Assembly: GCA_040260805.1 (NCBI GenBank)
Contig: JBDQPD010000015.1
Location: 1-43,885 of the forward strand
From: Myxococcota bacterium
GTDB lineage: Bacteria > Myxococcota > UBA4151
Reading direction: 5' to 3'
DNA: 43,885 nt
This document shows, piece by piece, positions 18,678 to 27,160 of this stretch. The position numbers and the translations under genes were made by a program. The notes beneath the pieces are model-generated. The model saw only the letters and a program-made list of their open reading frames with translations. It ran no database searches and was not told the DNA's origin. The first letter of the stretch is position 1; every line of letters begins with the position of its first letter.

Positions 18678-20378
18678 TCAGCGTGCGGCTCTCAGAGCAA
18701 TTACCCGTCGGCGCGCCTGCCACTCCCCTTTAAAGCGATCGACCAGGAGCTCATAAAGCACATCCACGCGTTCTCCCGTATCCGCCGTGCGACTGATACG
18801 GAATCCATCCATCCAGATCTGTCCGCGCTGCACCGGCGCAGCGATCGCAAGCCGCGTAAACTCACTTTTGTAGTCGTTTCGGCGACGGACCTCGAGATTA
18901 CGCGCCAAAAATACAGGCTTGGGGTTGGCCATGCCAAAGGGAGCAATCGAGCGGAGTTGCTCGGCGATTTCTAGGTTGGCTTCCCAAGGCATGAGCTCGG
19001 CATCGTATAAGATCCGACGCTGATGGCCGGCGGCGCCGAGCTGTTCTCGCACCGCGAGGTTCAGGTTCGAACGCAGACGACCGAGGTCGGCTTGGTCGTG
19101 GAGGGTCAGACCCGCTGCGACCTGATGGCCGCCATAACGCGCGAGATCCTGAGCCCCTGCGTGCATCGCCTCGATCAGGTTGACCCCCTCAGGGGCACGA
19201 GCCGAACCTTTACCTTGCATCCCAATCACTACCGCGGGGCGATGGTAACGATCCACCAAGCGGCCTGCCGCTAAACCCACCACCCCGGGATGCCAATCGG
19301 CGTCGTAGGCTACAATAAAGTCCGGTAAGCGTTCAGTCCGAGCGACTCGGCGCATCACCTCGTCGACCGTCTTACGCTGAAGATCACGCCGATCTTTGTT
19401 CAGCTCGTCCAGCTGCGTAAAGAGTGACGCTGCTTCCTCAGCGTCGCTGGTGACCAAGAGACGAAAAGCGAGGTCCGCGTCCGATAGGCGACCCGCTGCG
19501 TTAAGACGCGGGGCAAAATCAAACCCCAAACTTCGTTCGGTCAACACCGGATCCTTAGCCGCCTCTCGAAGCGTCGTCATGCCCAGGTAATCGCTACGCT
19601 CAATCTCGATAAGACCGCGTCGAACCATAATCCGGTTGGCGCCAGTCAAGGGCACCATGTCGGCAACTGTACCCAAGGCGACTAAGGCGAGCAGCGCCTC
19701 GACGTTGGGCTCAGCACGATCGGCGAAGAACCCCCGCTCACGCAGCACTCGGCGCGTCCAGAGCGCAAGATTCCACGCCACGCCGACCGCAGCGGGCTCG
19801 CCGGGTGGATAGTCGTTGTCCTCTCGCTTGGGGTTGATGATCGCCACCGCAGGCGGAATCGAATCAGCCACCGAGTGATGATCACAAACAATCACGGGAA
19901 GATTGAGCGCTTTGGCTCGTTCAAGCGCTTCAAAGGCGGTGGCGCCGCAATCGACGGTGATCAAGAGGTCGCAATACGGCGCGAGCTGATCCACCATCGA
20001 AGCGGCTAAGCCGTAGCCGTCTTTGAGCCTGTGCGGCAGCCGCACAAGGGGCTCGAGGTCGACCGCTTGGAGAAAGCGAAAAAGGACCGCAGAGGCTGTA
20101 CAGCCGTCAGCGTCGTAATCACCAAATACGGTCACCCGCTCGCCCGCTTGCACGGCATCAGCCAAGCGCTCGGCAGCCGGTTGCATATCCGGCAACAGAT
20201 TCGGTGAGGGCAAATGCCCAACCTGTGGATTGAGGAAGTCGACCAACGACTCGGCGGTGCGAGTTGCCACCACCTCGGCCACCACAGGCGCTAAGCCCTG
20301 CGCAGTCGCCTCGTGCAAGCGCAAGGCATCGACCTCGCCCCTGCACGCCCAAATCTCATCGACGTCATTCATCGGCAC
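18678..20378 (-). CDS. recJ: ssDNA-specific exonuclease RecJ
   Basis: GDYDADG, ITVDCG, CDHH, LGTVADMVPL, PRLNAAGRL, GSAR, GGHQVAAG, PFGMANPKP. The start may be ATG 20372. Confidence 0.96.
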   Translation of the reverse strand: MPMNDVDEIWACRGEVDALRLHEATAQGLAPVVAEVVATRTAESLVDFLNPQVGHLPSPNLLPDMQPAAERLADAVQAGERVTVFGDYDADGCTASAVLFRFLQAVDLEPLVRLPHRLKDGYGLAASMVDQLAPYCDLLITVDCGATAFEALERAKALNLPVIVCDHHSVADSIPPAVAIINPKREDNDYPPGEPAAVGVAWNLALWTRRVLRERGFFADRAEPNVEALLALVALGTVADMVPLTGANRIMVRRGLIEIERSDYLGMTTLREAAKDPVLTERSLGFDFAPRLNAAGRLSDADLAFRLLVTSDAEEAASLFTQLDELNKDRRDLQRKTVDEVMRRVARTERLPDFIVAYDADWHPGVVGLAAGRLVDRYHRPAVVIGMQGKGSARAPEGVNLIEAMHAGAQDLARYGGHQVAAGLTLHDQADLGRLRSNLNLAVREQLGAAGHQRRILYDAELMPWEANLEIAEQLRSIAPFGMANPKPVFLARNLEVRRRNDYKSEFTRLAIAAPVQRGQIWMDGFRISRTADTGERVDVLYELLVDRFKGEWQARRRVIALRAAR

Positions 20379-20387
20379 CCTTAGAGC

Positions 20388-20422
20388 AAAAAAAGAAGCG
20401 GGCTGGCTAGCGCCAACCCGCT
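20388..20422 (-). terminator. Intrinsic terminator after tRNA-Glu
   Basis: Minus strand AGCGGGTTGGC-GCTA-GCCAGCCCGCT followed by TCTTTTTTT. Confidence 0.8.
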
Positions 20423-20424
20423 GC

Positions 20425-20499
20425 TGGTGACCCCAACGGGGTTCGAACCCGTGTTACCGGCGTGAAAGGCCAGTGTCCTAACCGCTAGACGATGGGGCC
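20425..20499 (-). tRNA. tRNA-Glu (TTC)
   Basis: GGCCCCATCGTCTAGCGGTTAGGACACTGGCCTTTCACGCCGGTAACACGGGTTCGAACCCCGTTGGGGTCACCA: folds as a cloverleaf, anticodon TTC, CCA encoded. Confidence 0.97.
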
Positions 20500-20579
20500 A
20501 ACGGCGGTGACGCCTTTAGAGGGAAAACAAAAGAATCGCCAAACGATTTTCTTTGAATTGCGTCGCGCGCCGGTTGCGC

Positions 20580-20610
20580 TTGACACACGAGGCACCTTTC
20601 CTCGATATGC
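20580..20610 (+). promoter_or_regulatory. Probable sigma70 promoter for tRNA-Lys
   Basis: Perfect TTGACA at 20580-20585, a weak -10 (CGATAT), then a GC-rich discriminator-like stretch before the tRNA. Confidence 0.45.
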
Positions 20611-20624
20611 GCCGGCGTCACTGA

Positions 20625-20700
20625 GGGTCGTTAGCTCAGGTGGTAGAGCACCGGACTTTTAATCCGATGGTCACAGGTTCGAATCCTGTACGACCTACCA
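20625..20700 (+). tRNA. tRNA-Lys (TTT)
   Basis: GGGTCGTTAGCTCAGGTGGTAGAGCACCGGACTTTTAATCCGATGGTCACAGGTTCGAATCCTGTACGACCTACCA: anticodon TTT, CCA encoded. Confidence 0.97.
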
Positions 20701-20701
20701 G

Positions 20702-20739
20702 ATCGGTCGCCTCATTCGAGGCGGCCGATTTGCTTTTTT
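20702..20739 (+). terminator. Intrinsic terminator after tRNA-Lys
   Basis: ATCGGTCGCCTC-ATTC-GAGGCGGCCGAT followed by TTGCTTTTTT. Confidence 0.8.
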
Positions 20740-20754
20740 GGGTGGCCTGGCCAG

Positions 20755-21129
20755 CTAAAGGTTCTGTTGAACTCGATAAGCCGCAAGTGAACGTCGGACG
20801 CGATCGTCTTCTTCGATGGTCTCTGGACCATGCTCGGAGTGCTCTTTGCACTGACGTCGCAAGGTCACGCTGCGATCACGCAGACCTAGCCATGCCTTGG
20901 TCAGGTCTTGCGTTGACTCCGTGACGCTCTTCTGGGTCAGGGCGCTGCGCGCCGAGCGCACTGCGGCCAACTCCTTACCGCACTCGACGCTCGGAGCTTC
21001 TTTCAACAAGCGATCGTAGATCATACCACCGAGTCCTGGAATGACTACGGCAGCGATCAGAACCGTCAGCAGCGCGTACAAGCTGCGCCGAGTCCGCTTG
21101 ATCCCGAACCGAGCAAAGAACTCGACCAT
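20755..21129 (-). CDS. Hypothetical single-TM protein
   Basis: TGATG coupling to the ybdK stop; basic N-terminus, TM helix, then a helical domain with two Cys. Confidence 0.6.
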   Translation of the reverse strand: MVEFFARFGIKRTRRSLYALLTVLIAAVVIPGLGGMIYDRLLKEAPSVECGKELAAVRSARSALTQKSVTESTQDLTKAWLGLRDRSVTLRRQCKEHSEHGPETIEEDDRVRRSLAAYRVQQNL

Positions 21130-22226
21130 CAGGTACCAGCGATCGTTTGTTCGACGATGTAATCGACCAGCCCGGCCATCCCACCGCGCTCAGCGTAAGC
21201 CTGACGCTGGCGGTCGGCGCCGCAACCATGCTTGAGAACATTTCGAATGCCATGCACCTCATGCAGACAACCGAGCCGGCGCGCCGCCGGGTCGACAAAG
21301 TCGATCAGCTCCTCAATCAGCTCGATAAACGGCTTTTGCGTGCGCCGCCCCCAATCGATCATGGTTCCATTGATCCCGTAGCGCAGGGCGCGCCATTTGT
21401 TCTCTTGAACAAACGAGGTCGGATACCGACGCCATTCCCAATTCTTACGATGCAGCTCGGTCAAACGAGCCACTAAACTCTGAATCAGCGCCGAGATCCA
21501 AACCGTCTCGTTCACGGTCATCGGCAGATCGCAAATGCGAAACTCGATGGTCGGATAAGTCACCGAGCAGCGCAGATCCCACCACAAACGGCGGCCGCTA
21601 TCGATGCACTCTTGCGATACCAAGGTGTCGATAAAGTCCTGATATTCACGCCACGAGCGGAAGCGGCTCGGCACGCCCGTGCGCGGTAGACGCTTGAACA
21701 GTTCCGCTCGATGAGAGGCTAAGCCGGTATCACGCCCCTGCCAAAAGGGTGAGGAACAGCTCAAAGCGAGTAAGTGAGGTAAGAAATAGCGAGCCTGGTT
21801 CGCCACCGCGACGCGCTCATCCGGATCATCGATGCCGACGTGGACATGCATACCGCAGATTAGGTTGGCCCTTAGCGTATCTTGTAAGCCGTCGGCCAGG
21901 GTCTCATAGGGGCCTTGAGTGATGCCCTGATCTTCCCAGCGGCTGAAGGGATGAGTCGAGACGGCGGCGATACGAAGTCCAACCTTCTCGGCTGCATCCG
22001 AGGCGCCGCGCCGGTTGGTGGCGATCTCAAGTCGAGCCTGATCAATATGCTCACAAACCCCAGTACCGACCTCGACGACCGAGGTGTGTAGCTCTTCTTT
22101 AAGCTCGATGCTGTCGGGATCCATGGCCGCCGCAGCCACCATGTCCATGTACCCAGGAGCTAACGCCCGACTCTCCGGATCGAGGATAAAGAACTCTTCT
22201 TCGACACCCATTGTGAAATCAGCCAT
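21129..22226 (-). CDS. ybdK: Carboxylate-amine ligase, YbdK/glutamate-cysteine ligase 2 family
   Basis: TMGVEEEFF, THPFSRW, ICGMHVHVGI, LALSCSSPFWQG, WWDLR, TIEFRICD, ENKWRALRYG. Confidence 0.92.
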   Translation of the reverse strand: MADFTMGVEEEFFILDPESRALAPGYMDMVAAAAMDPDSIELKEELHTSVVEVGTGVCEHIDQARLEIATNRRGASDAAEKVGLRIAAVSTHPFSRWEDQGITQGPYETLADGLQDTLRANLICGMHVHVGIDDPDERVAVANQARYFLPHLLALSCSSPFWQGRDTGLASHRAELFKRLPRTGVPSRFRSWREYQDFIDTLVSQECIDSGRRLWWDLRCSVTYPTIEFRICDLPMTVNETVWISALIQSLVARLTELHRKNWEWRRYPTSFVQENKWRALRYGINGTMIDWGRRTQKPFIELIEELIDFVDPAARRLGCLHEVHGIRNVLKHGCGADRQRQAYAERGGMAGLVDYIVEQTIAGT

Positions 22227-22361
22227 GGGCTTGATCTCCTTCTAATTTCGACCGGTACGACCGGCAACTATAGTCTGAAAAACGTCAAAGCTCTCGCCAG
22301 GGTCAACCCCCCGCGAGAGCCTGTCGACAAATAGCTGATGGGACAAACGACCCATCCGAAG

Positions 22362-22517
22362 CTACTTGATCTTGGCTTCCTTGAAGAGCACGTGCTTACG
22401 CACCACAGGATCGAACTTCTTCTTTTCTAGTTTACCGACGCCCTGTGCACGCTTCTTGTCGGTGGTGTAGAAGTAGCCGGTGCCGGCGGTGGAGACGAGC
22501 TTGATGAGTTCACGCAT
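22362..22517 (-). CDS. rpmG: 50S ribosomal protein L33 (Cys-free type); absent from the ORF track
   Basis: Translated by hand: [51 protein letters not shown] (51 aa), with a GAGG RBS. Confidence 0.95.
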   Translation of the reverse strand: MRELIKLVSTAGTGYFYTTDKKRAQGVGKLEKKKFDPVVRKHVLFKEAKIK

Positions 22518-22575
22518 TATGAAACCTCAGTATTCTTTCAAATCGGGTGCGGCGGTTATCAGCGCCCACGGCTTG

Positions 22576-24564
22576 GTGCAAAGGAAAAACCACTGGTTTG
22601 TTGCTGCGCTAAGCTTGCTGATGATCACCTCGACGGCCTGTTCATCTGAGCCTGAGCCCGAGCCAGTCCCTACTCGCCACTACACCTGGCGGGCGATTAC
22701 GGGCGTGAGCATGGGCGGCGGTGCGTCGGCAATGTTCGGACTTAAATACCCCGAGAAATTTGATTTCATCGGAATTATGGGCGGGCCATTAGTCGACCTG
22801 AGCAGCTTCGCACGCATGGTCGAGCGCGGCTGGCTCGGTGGATTTTGTTCTCTTGAGCGCCTCGAAGAGTTGATGGCCGCAGGAAACGACCTTGATAACG
22901 TTGACGCCTTTTGTGGTCTGTACACCGAGCAACCCAATGAGGCCGTTTTGGCACAGGCTCCGGTGGCCCCATTGTCCGCCTACCCCGAGGGTGCGGAGCC
23001 GATTTACGAGGCGGTCTCAGATTACAACAATTGGTGGCGTGGCCCCGAAGGCGGGCGTGGAGGTAGTTTCAATAGGCAGCGCCTGATGGATAGCTTCCAC
23101 GACATCCTCAAAGGTTTGGGGAACTCATTTTATCCACCCAACGATGAGCTGCCGTGGGCAGCTCCTGGGATCACCAAGGCGTGGTGGTCGCAGTCGGCTG
23201 AGGAGCGCTGCGCCAACCCGATGGTCTTTGAGAACGTCTACAACGTCGAATACAACCCACGCGGCCTCTACCCTGTGATCACCTTTTGTGACGGCCGACA
23301 TGACGACCCGGACGGCACGCCCGAAGCTGAGCTTGGGCGGATCCTTCCAGACACGCCGCGCACCCAGCCGGTAGGTATCTTGCTCGCCGTTGACCTTAAC
23401 CGAAACGGGCGACGCGACTACGCCGAGCCAGTGATCGTTAACGGCTACGAGCGCTACAGCGACCTAGGACCGGACGGCTTGGCCAGCGTCGATGAGCCTG
23501 GCTACGACGCAGACACCAACCCCGACCCCAACGGTGATGACTTTCACGTGTTTGATAACCCTGCGGGGCTTGAGGGCAATTGGCAGCACGACGACGGCGA
23601 GCCCTTTGACGACTACGGGCTTGATGGCGTTGCGGGCACCAGCGACTTCGGTGAAGGCAACGACACCTACGACGAGAGCCCGGGGCGCCAAAACACACGC
23701 GCCAACGATCCCGGCTCAATGATCGAGAGCATCAGCGACGAGCAACTCGCCCGGCTGACCATCTACATGGACGCAGGGATCCGTGACTTCCTCAACACCG
23801 CCATCACCTCGAACCGTCTGTGGGCGAGGCTGCAGGCCAGGCTGGGCAAGGACGCCACCCAAGAGTTCCACGACTTTGACGAACTGGCTGCCGAAGGCTC
23901 GACCTTTAACCCCAACGTCATCGCCGGCAATAAGCTCAGCAAATACAGTTATATGCGGTACGGCTCACTCGACCCCTCGCCCGATCTTATCGCGGCCGGC
24001 GACGGCAACCACGTAGGCACCGTGCCTCAGGTGATCAGCCGCATTCAGCTGATCATGAGCATCGCTCAAGGCTTCTGGCCGCGCGCAGACCTGAGCTATC
24101 GCCGAAGCCCTGTGGGTGACCCTGGCTACATTGGCCAAGACGAATACATGAGCCAAACCCTGGGCCGCACGCAGACCTACAGCTACGTGCTCCCGCCTGG
24201 CTACAACGAGCCCGAATACGCCGACGAGGACTACCCGGTGCTCTACTTCTTGCATGGTCAAGGCATGGACCACGAGGGCACGGCAGCGACCGGCATCTTG
24301 TTCCAGATCGCCATGTCCGAAAGTCAGATGAACGGGCAGTCCGACTGGACTAAGTTCATCATCATCTTCCCCAACGGCGAGTGCCCAGAGGCGACCGCCG
24401 ATCAACCTGAGCCGTGCCACTCGGGCAACTTCTGGACCGACTTTGTAGGCGGCAGCCCCGAGACGCAGTTTCAGAGCGACTTCTTAGAGCTCATGGACGT
24501 GGTCGATGATCGCTACCGCACCCGAGCACCCGAGGAGATCCCGCTGAGCGAGGTACCGAACTAG
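22576..24564 (+). CDS. Lipoprotein, alpha/beta-hydrolase (PF00756-like esterase), apparently circularly permuted
   Basis: Lipobox-like STAC; RAITGVSMGG nucleophile elbow near the N-terminus; YVLPPGY/YPVLYFLHG near the C-terminus. Start moved to about 22573/22576 because the 22480 start overlaps rpmG. Confidence 0.8.
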   Translation: MQRKNHWFVAALSLLMITSTACSSEPEPEPVPTRHYTWRAITGVSMGGGASAMFGLKYPEKFDFIGIMGGPLVDLSSFARMVERGWLGGFCSLERLEELMAAGNDLDNVDAFCGLYTEQPNEAVLAQAPVAPLSAYPEGAEPIYEAVSDYNNWWRGPEGGRGGSFNRQRLMDSFHDILKGLGNSFYPPNDELPWAAPGITKAWWSQSAEERCANPMVFENVYNVEYNPRGLYPVITFCDGRHDDPDGTPEAELGRILPDTPRTQPVGILLAVDLNRNGRRDYAEPVIVNGYERYSDLGPDGLASVDEPGYDADTNPDPNGDDFHVFDNPAGLEGNWQHDDGEPFDDYGLDGVAGTSDFGEGNDTYDESPGRQNTRANDPGSMIESISDEQLARLTIYMDAGIRDFLNTAITSNRLWARLQARLGKDATQEFHDFDELAAEGSTFNPNVIAGNKLSKYSYMRYGSLDPSPDLIAAGDGNHVGTVPQVISRIQLIMSIAQGFWPRADLSYRRSPVGDPGYIGQDEYMSQTLGRTQTYSYVLPPGYNEPEYADEDYPVLYFLHGQGMDHEGTAATGILFQIAMSESQMNGQSDWTKFIIIFPNGECPEATADQPEPCHSGNFWTDFVGGSPETQFQSDFLELMDVVDDRYRTRAPEEIPLSEVPN

Positions 24565-24565
24565 C

Positions 24566-26068
24566 TCAGCGAAAGAGCAGGATCTGGTAATACTCGCTCG
24601 ACTTGAGCGGGAGCTGAACGACCGTGTCGTCGCTTGGGCTTGTCAGCCACAACCAGGGCTGCGCGGTGTCGCTGTAGTTGGTCTTGGCGACGGCTGAGGT
24701 GATGCCTGAGAACCAGCCATCGCCCAGTACGGTACTGCCAAGCCCAGTTTGACCCCGCAGCGCAACCACTGCGCTGGTGCGCGTCGAGGGCGTCGTTGCG
24801 CTGATGACGTGTCCATCGATCGCCAGCTCGCTGGCGACGCTCACTGCGCCCAAGCTCTGCGCTGGATCAAAGATCTGGTTCGGGGCGAGCGCAGTGCCGG
24901 TAAAGGCATGCCAAGCTGAGCTCAAGAAGCGCGCCTGCACGGCGTCACCTACTGGGCATTCACCGGTCTCAACGACCAGCACCGACTCGGCGTTCATACG
25001 ACCGGCACAGGTCTGATCATCAAGGGTCAAGTCGACCCAGGCTAAAGCCTCATCCGGGAGCGCCTCGCCCTCGGCAGCGGTGAGCGAGAAGCCACCCTCT
25101 ACCGCCGCTACCGCTAACGAGCGATCACCCAGCGCCAAGCCACCGACCAACATCAGGTCACGACCGACCAGCGCCTCGGCTTCGTCGCGCCGCACCTCTA
25201 AGCCGGAGAAGCTGCCAGCCAGCGCGATGGGGCGAGTAAAAGCTCGGTTACCATGCGGGACCTCGGCGACGCCGTCGGCCCGAAGATACAAGACGCCGGT
25301 GTTGAGACCGACCAATGCGAGCAGTGGGCCGGTGTCGTCTGCGGTCTCGACCAGGTCCATGACCGTAAAAGGCAACACAAAGCGCAACAGCTCGGCGCCC
25401 TGATCATCGACCTTGAGCAATCGACGGCGGTCGCTGCTCAGCATCCAGGCGCCACCGTCTGCGGCAGCGTGCGCTGAGACAGGCACCCAGGGCGGTGTGC
25501 CCACAATGACCAGTCCGCTGGCGCTGGCTCGCACCAAAACCTGCTGATCAGCCTGCGTGGCTACACCGTATCCGTCACCTAAGAGCTGGCAGGCACTCAG
25601 ACCCGCTACCGGAGTCGGTACCGGACCGCTCAACGCCGTGAGCGTGCAGTCGCTGTCCAAACGCGCCCAATGCTCGCCCAGCGAGACCAAGCCGAGCGGA
25701 TGCGCCGACGCCTCCACAGCGGCGAGCGCAAGGCTGACCGGAGGCGCCAACTCAAGGGCGACGGCATAAGCCTGTCCGCTGGCGCTCAGCGCCACCAGCT
25801 GATCGCCGGTCCACGCCAAATCAATCGGGCTGTCGTCAAACCGAACGGCGCGCGGGAAGTAAGGGTTTTCGCCCCACTGATAGGTCCCAGCGGTTAGATC
25901 GAGCAGACGCACCGCATCGTGACCTTGATCGATAAAGGCGAGCAGCTCTTGGTCGCCTGAGGTCAGAAATACGGGCTGCGTTGGCGCCGCTAAGTTGCTG
26001 GTGCCGGCTGGCGGTGCGTCATCGCAAGCCGCCGCAGCCATCACGCTGACCAGAACGAGCCATCTCAT
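24566..26068 (-). CDS. Hypothetical lipoprotein, beta-propeller-like
   Basis: Lipobox AAAC; repeated short beta segments (e.g. 'DAVRLLDL', 'PIDLAW', 'LWLTSPSDDTVVQL'). Confidence 0.65.
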   Translation of the reverse strand: MRWLVLVSVMAAAACDDAPPAGTSNLAAPTQPVFLTSGDQELLAFIDQGHDAVRLLDLTAGTYQWGENPYFPRAVRFDDSPIDLAWTGDQLVALSASGQAYAVALELAPPVSLALAAVEASAHPLGLVSLGEHWARLDSDCTLTALSGPVPTPVAGLSACQLLGDGYGVATQADQQVLVRASASGLVIVGTPPWVPVSAHAAADGGAWMLSSDRRRLLKVDDQGAELLRFVLPFTVMDLVETADDTGPLLALVGLNTGVLYLRADGVAEVPHGNRAFTRPIALAGSFSGLEVRRDEAEALVGRDLMLVGGLALGDRSLAVAAVEGGFSLTAAEGEALPDEALAWVDLTLDDQTCAGRMNAESVLVVETGECPVGDAVQARFLSSAWHAFTGTALAPNQIFDPAQSLGAVSVASELAIDGHVISATTPSTRTSAVVALRGQTGLGSTVLGDGWFSGITSAVAKTNYSDTAQPWLWLTSPSDDTVVQLPLKSSEYYQILLFR

Positions 26069-27123
26069 GGTGCGGGCACCATATCTGAGGTCGTGCCGGT
26101 GTTGAGATCCACGAGCGACAGCGTATGACCGGTGAAGTTGCTCACCAGCAAGCGCCCCTCACCCAAGCTCACAGCGCCTTCGGTCTCCTCAAAGCTCAAC
26201 CCACGGACCAGGCCGATCAGATGTCCATCGGTCGCCGAGCGGCGCTCTAAGACGCGCTCAGGGCCGCCAAAGACTAAGAGCTCATCGCCCGCACGCACCA
26301 AACGCCGTCGGTGGTTCCGCAGCGGTTGCTGCCAGAGGCTGGTCAGCGCTTCGCCGTCGTCATGAAATGCGATCAACATGACCCCATGACGCCCCAGCGC
26401 AAACCCGGTCTCTGCGGTCGCTCCAGCGACGCCCCACAAGGCGCCTCCAAAGCCATAGAGTAGACGATCTTCGGCGCCTTCAGCGGTCAGACGCAACGCC
26501 GCCGCTCGATTTTTGCCGATCAACCACGGTCCATCGACCACCGGCCGAGAGGCGGCCGCCTCGCCCACACGCTCTAGCGTGCCGTCGGCGGTGTAGTGCG
26601 TGGGCTGCTCGTCGACTCGAGTGCTGAACAAGAGGTGCTGTTGGTGCACGACGGCGCGGCCTGGGTCTCGGATACCGGTCATCACGCCCTGATCATCGGT
26701 TCCGCCCAAAGCCACCGGCAAGCAGCCGGTGTCCGGGCAAGCCAGGGCGCCGGAGGCGTCGGCTTCGAGCCGTAACATGGTTCGAGTGACCCGGTCCAAA
26801 AGCACCAGGTAGCCCAGCGACTCGCCTTGAGGCTGCGAGCAAGCACCCAGATTGAGCACGCCGCCAAATCCCTCGGGGAGCGCGAACAGGCTTGAGGTGG
26901 GCGAAGCCCCGGTCACCAAGCTCGCCTTTGAGTAACTCAGCAGCGCGCCGGATCGGTAGCGACGGTCGTGATTGCTCGAGACCAGATGAACCTGATCACC
27001 GAGCGCACAAAGCCCCTCAGGATGATGCAGGCGCCCGTCCGTGGGATGCACCTCTTCGATCGAGTCGCCTGCGCAACTCGCCAAAGCCCATGCCAACCCT
27101 AGGATCCACAAACGATGCATCAT
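26065..27123 (-). CDS. Hypothetical lipoprotein, beta-propeller-like (YncE-like)
   Basis: MMHRLWILGLAWALASC lipobox; 'HHPEGL…VSSNHDRRY', 'LLVSNFTGHTLSLVDL'. Confidence 0.65.
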   Translation of the reverse strand: MMHRLWILGLAWALASCAGDSIEEVHPTDGRLHHPEGLCALGDQVHLVSSNHDRRYRSGALLSYSKASLVTGASPTSSLFALPEGFGGVLNLGACSQPQGESLGYLVLLDRVTRTMLRLEADASGALACPDTGCLPVALGGTDDQGVMTGIRDPGRAVVHQQHLLFSTRVDEQPTHYTADGTLERVGEAAASRPVVDGPWLIGKNRAAALRLTAEGAEDRLLYGFGGALWGVAGATAETGFALGRHGVMLIAFHDDGEALTSLWQQPLRNHRRRLVRAGDELLVFGGPERVLERRSATDGHLIGLVRGLSFEETEGAVSLGEGRLLVSNFTGHTLSLVDLNTGTTSDMVPAP

Positions 27124-27160
27124 CACTCCGCCGGGTTCATTCCCGCGCAACGCGGCGTCG

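Noticed and set aside
20425..20760. tRNA genes as genomic island insertion sites
   Set aside because: Both are followed by terminators and core-type genes. I saw no duplicated tRNA 3' end or adjacent integrase.
20636..20924. ORFs 20636-20851 and 20640-20924
   Set aside because: They overlap tRNA-Lys and its terminator and are spurious translations.
22480..22575. ORF-track start of the 694-aa esterase
   Set aside because: It overlaps rpmG on the opposite strand; the lipoprotein signal begins at about 22573-22576.
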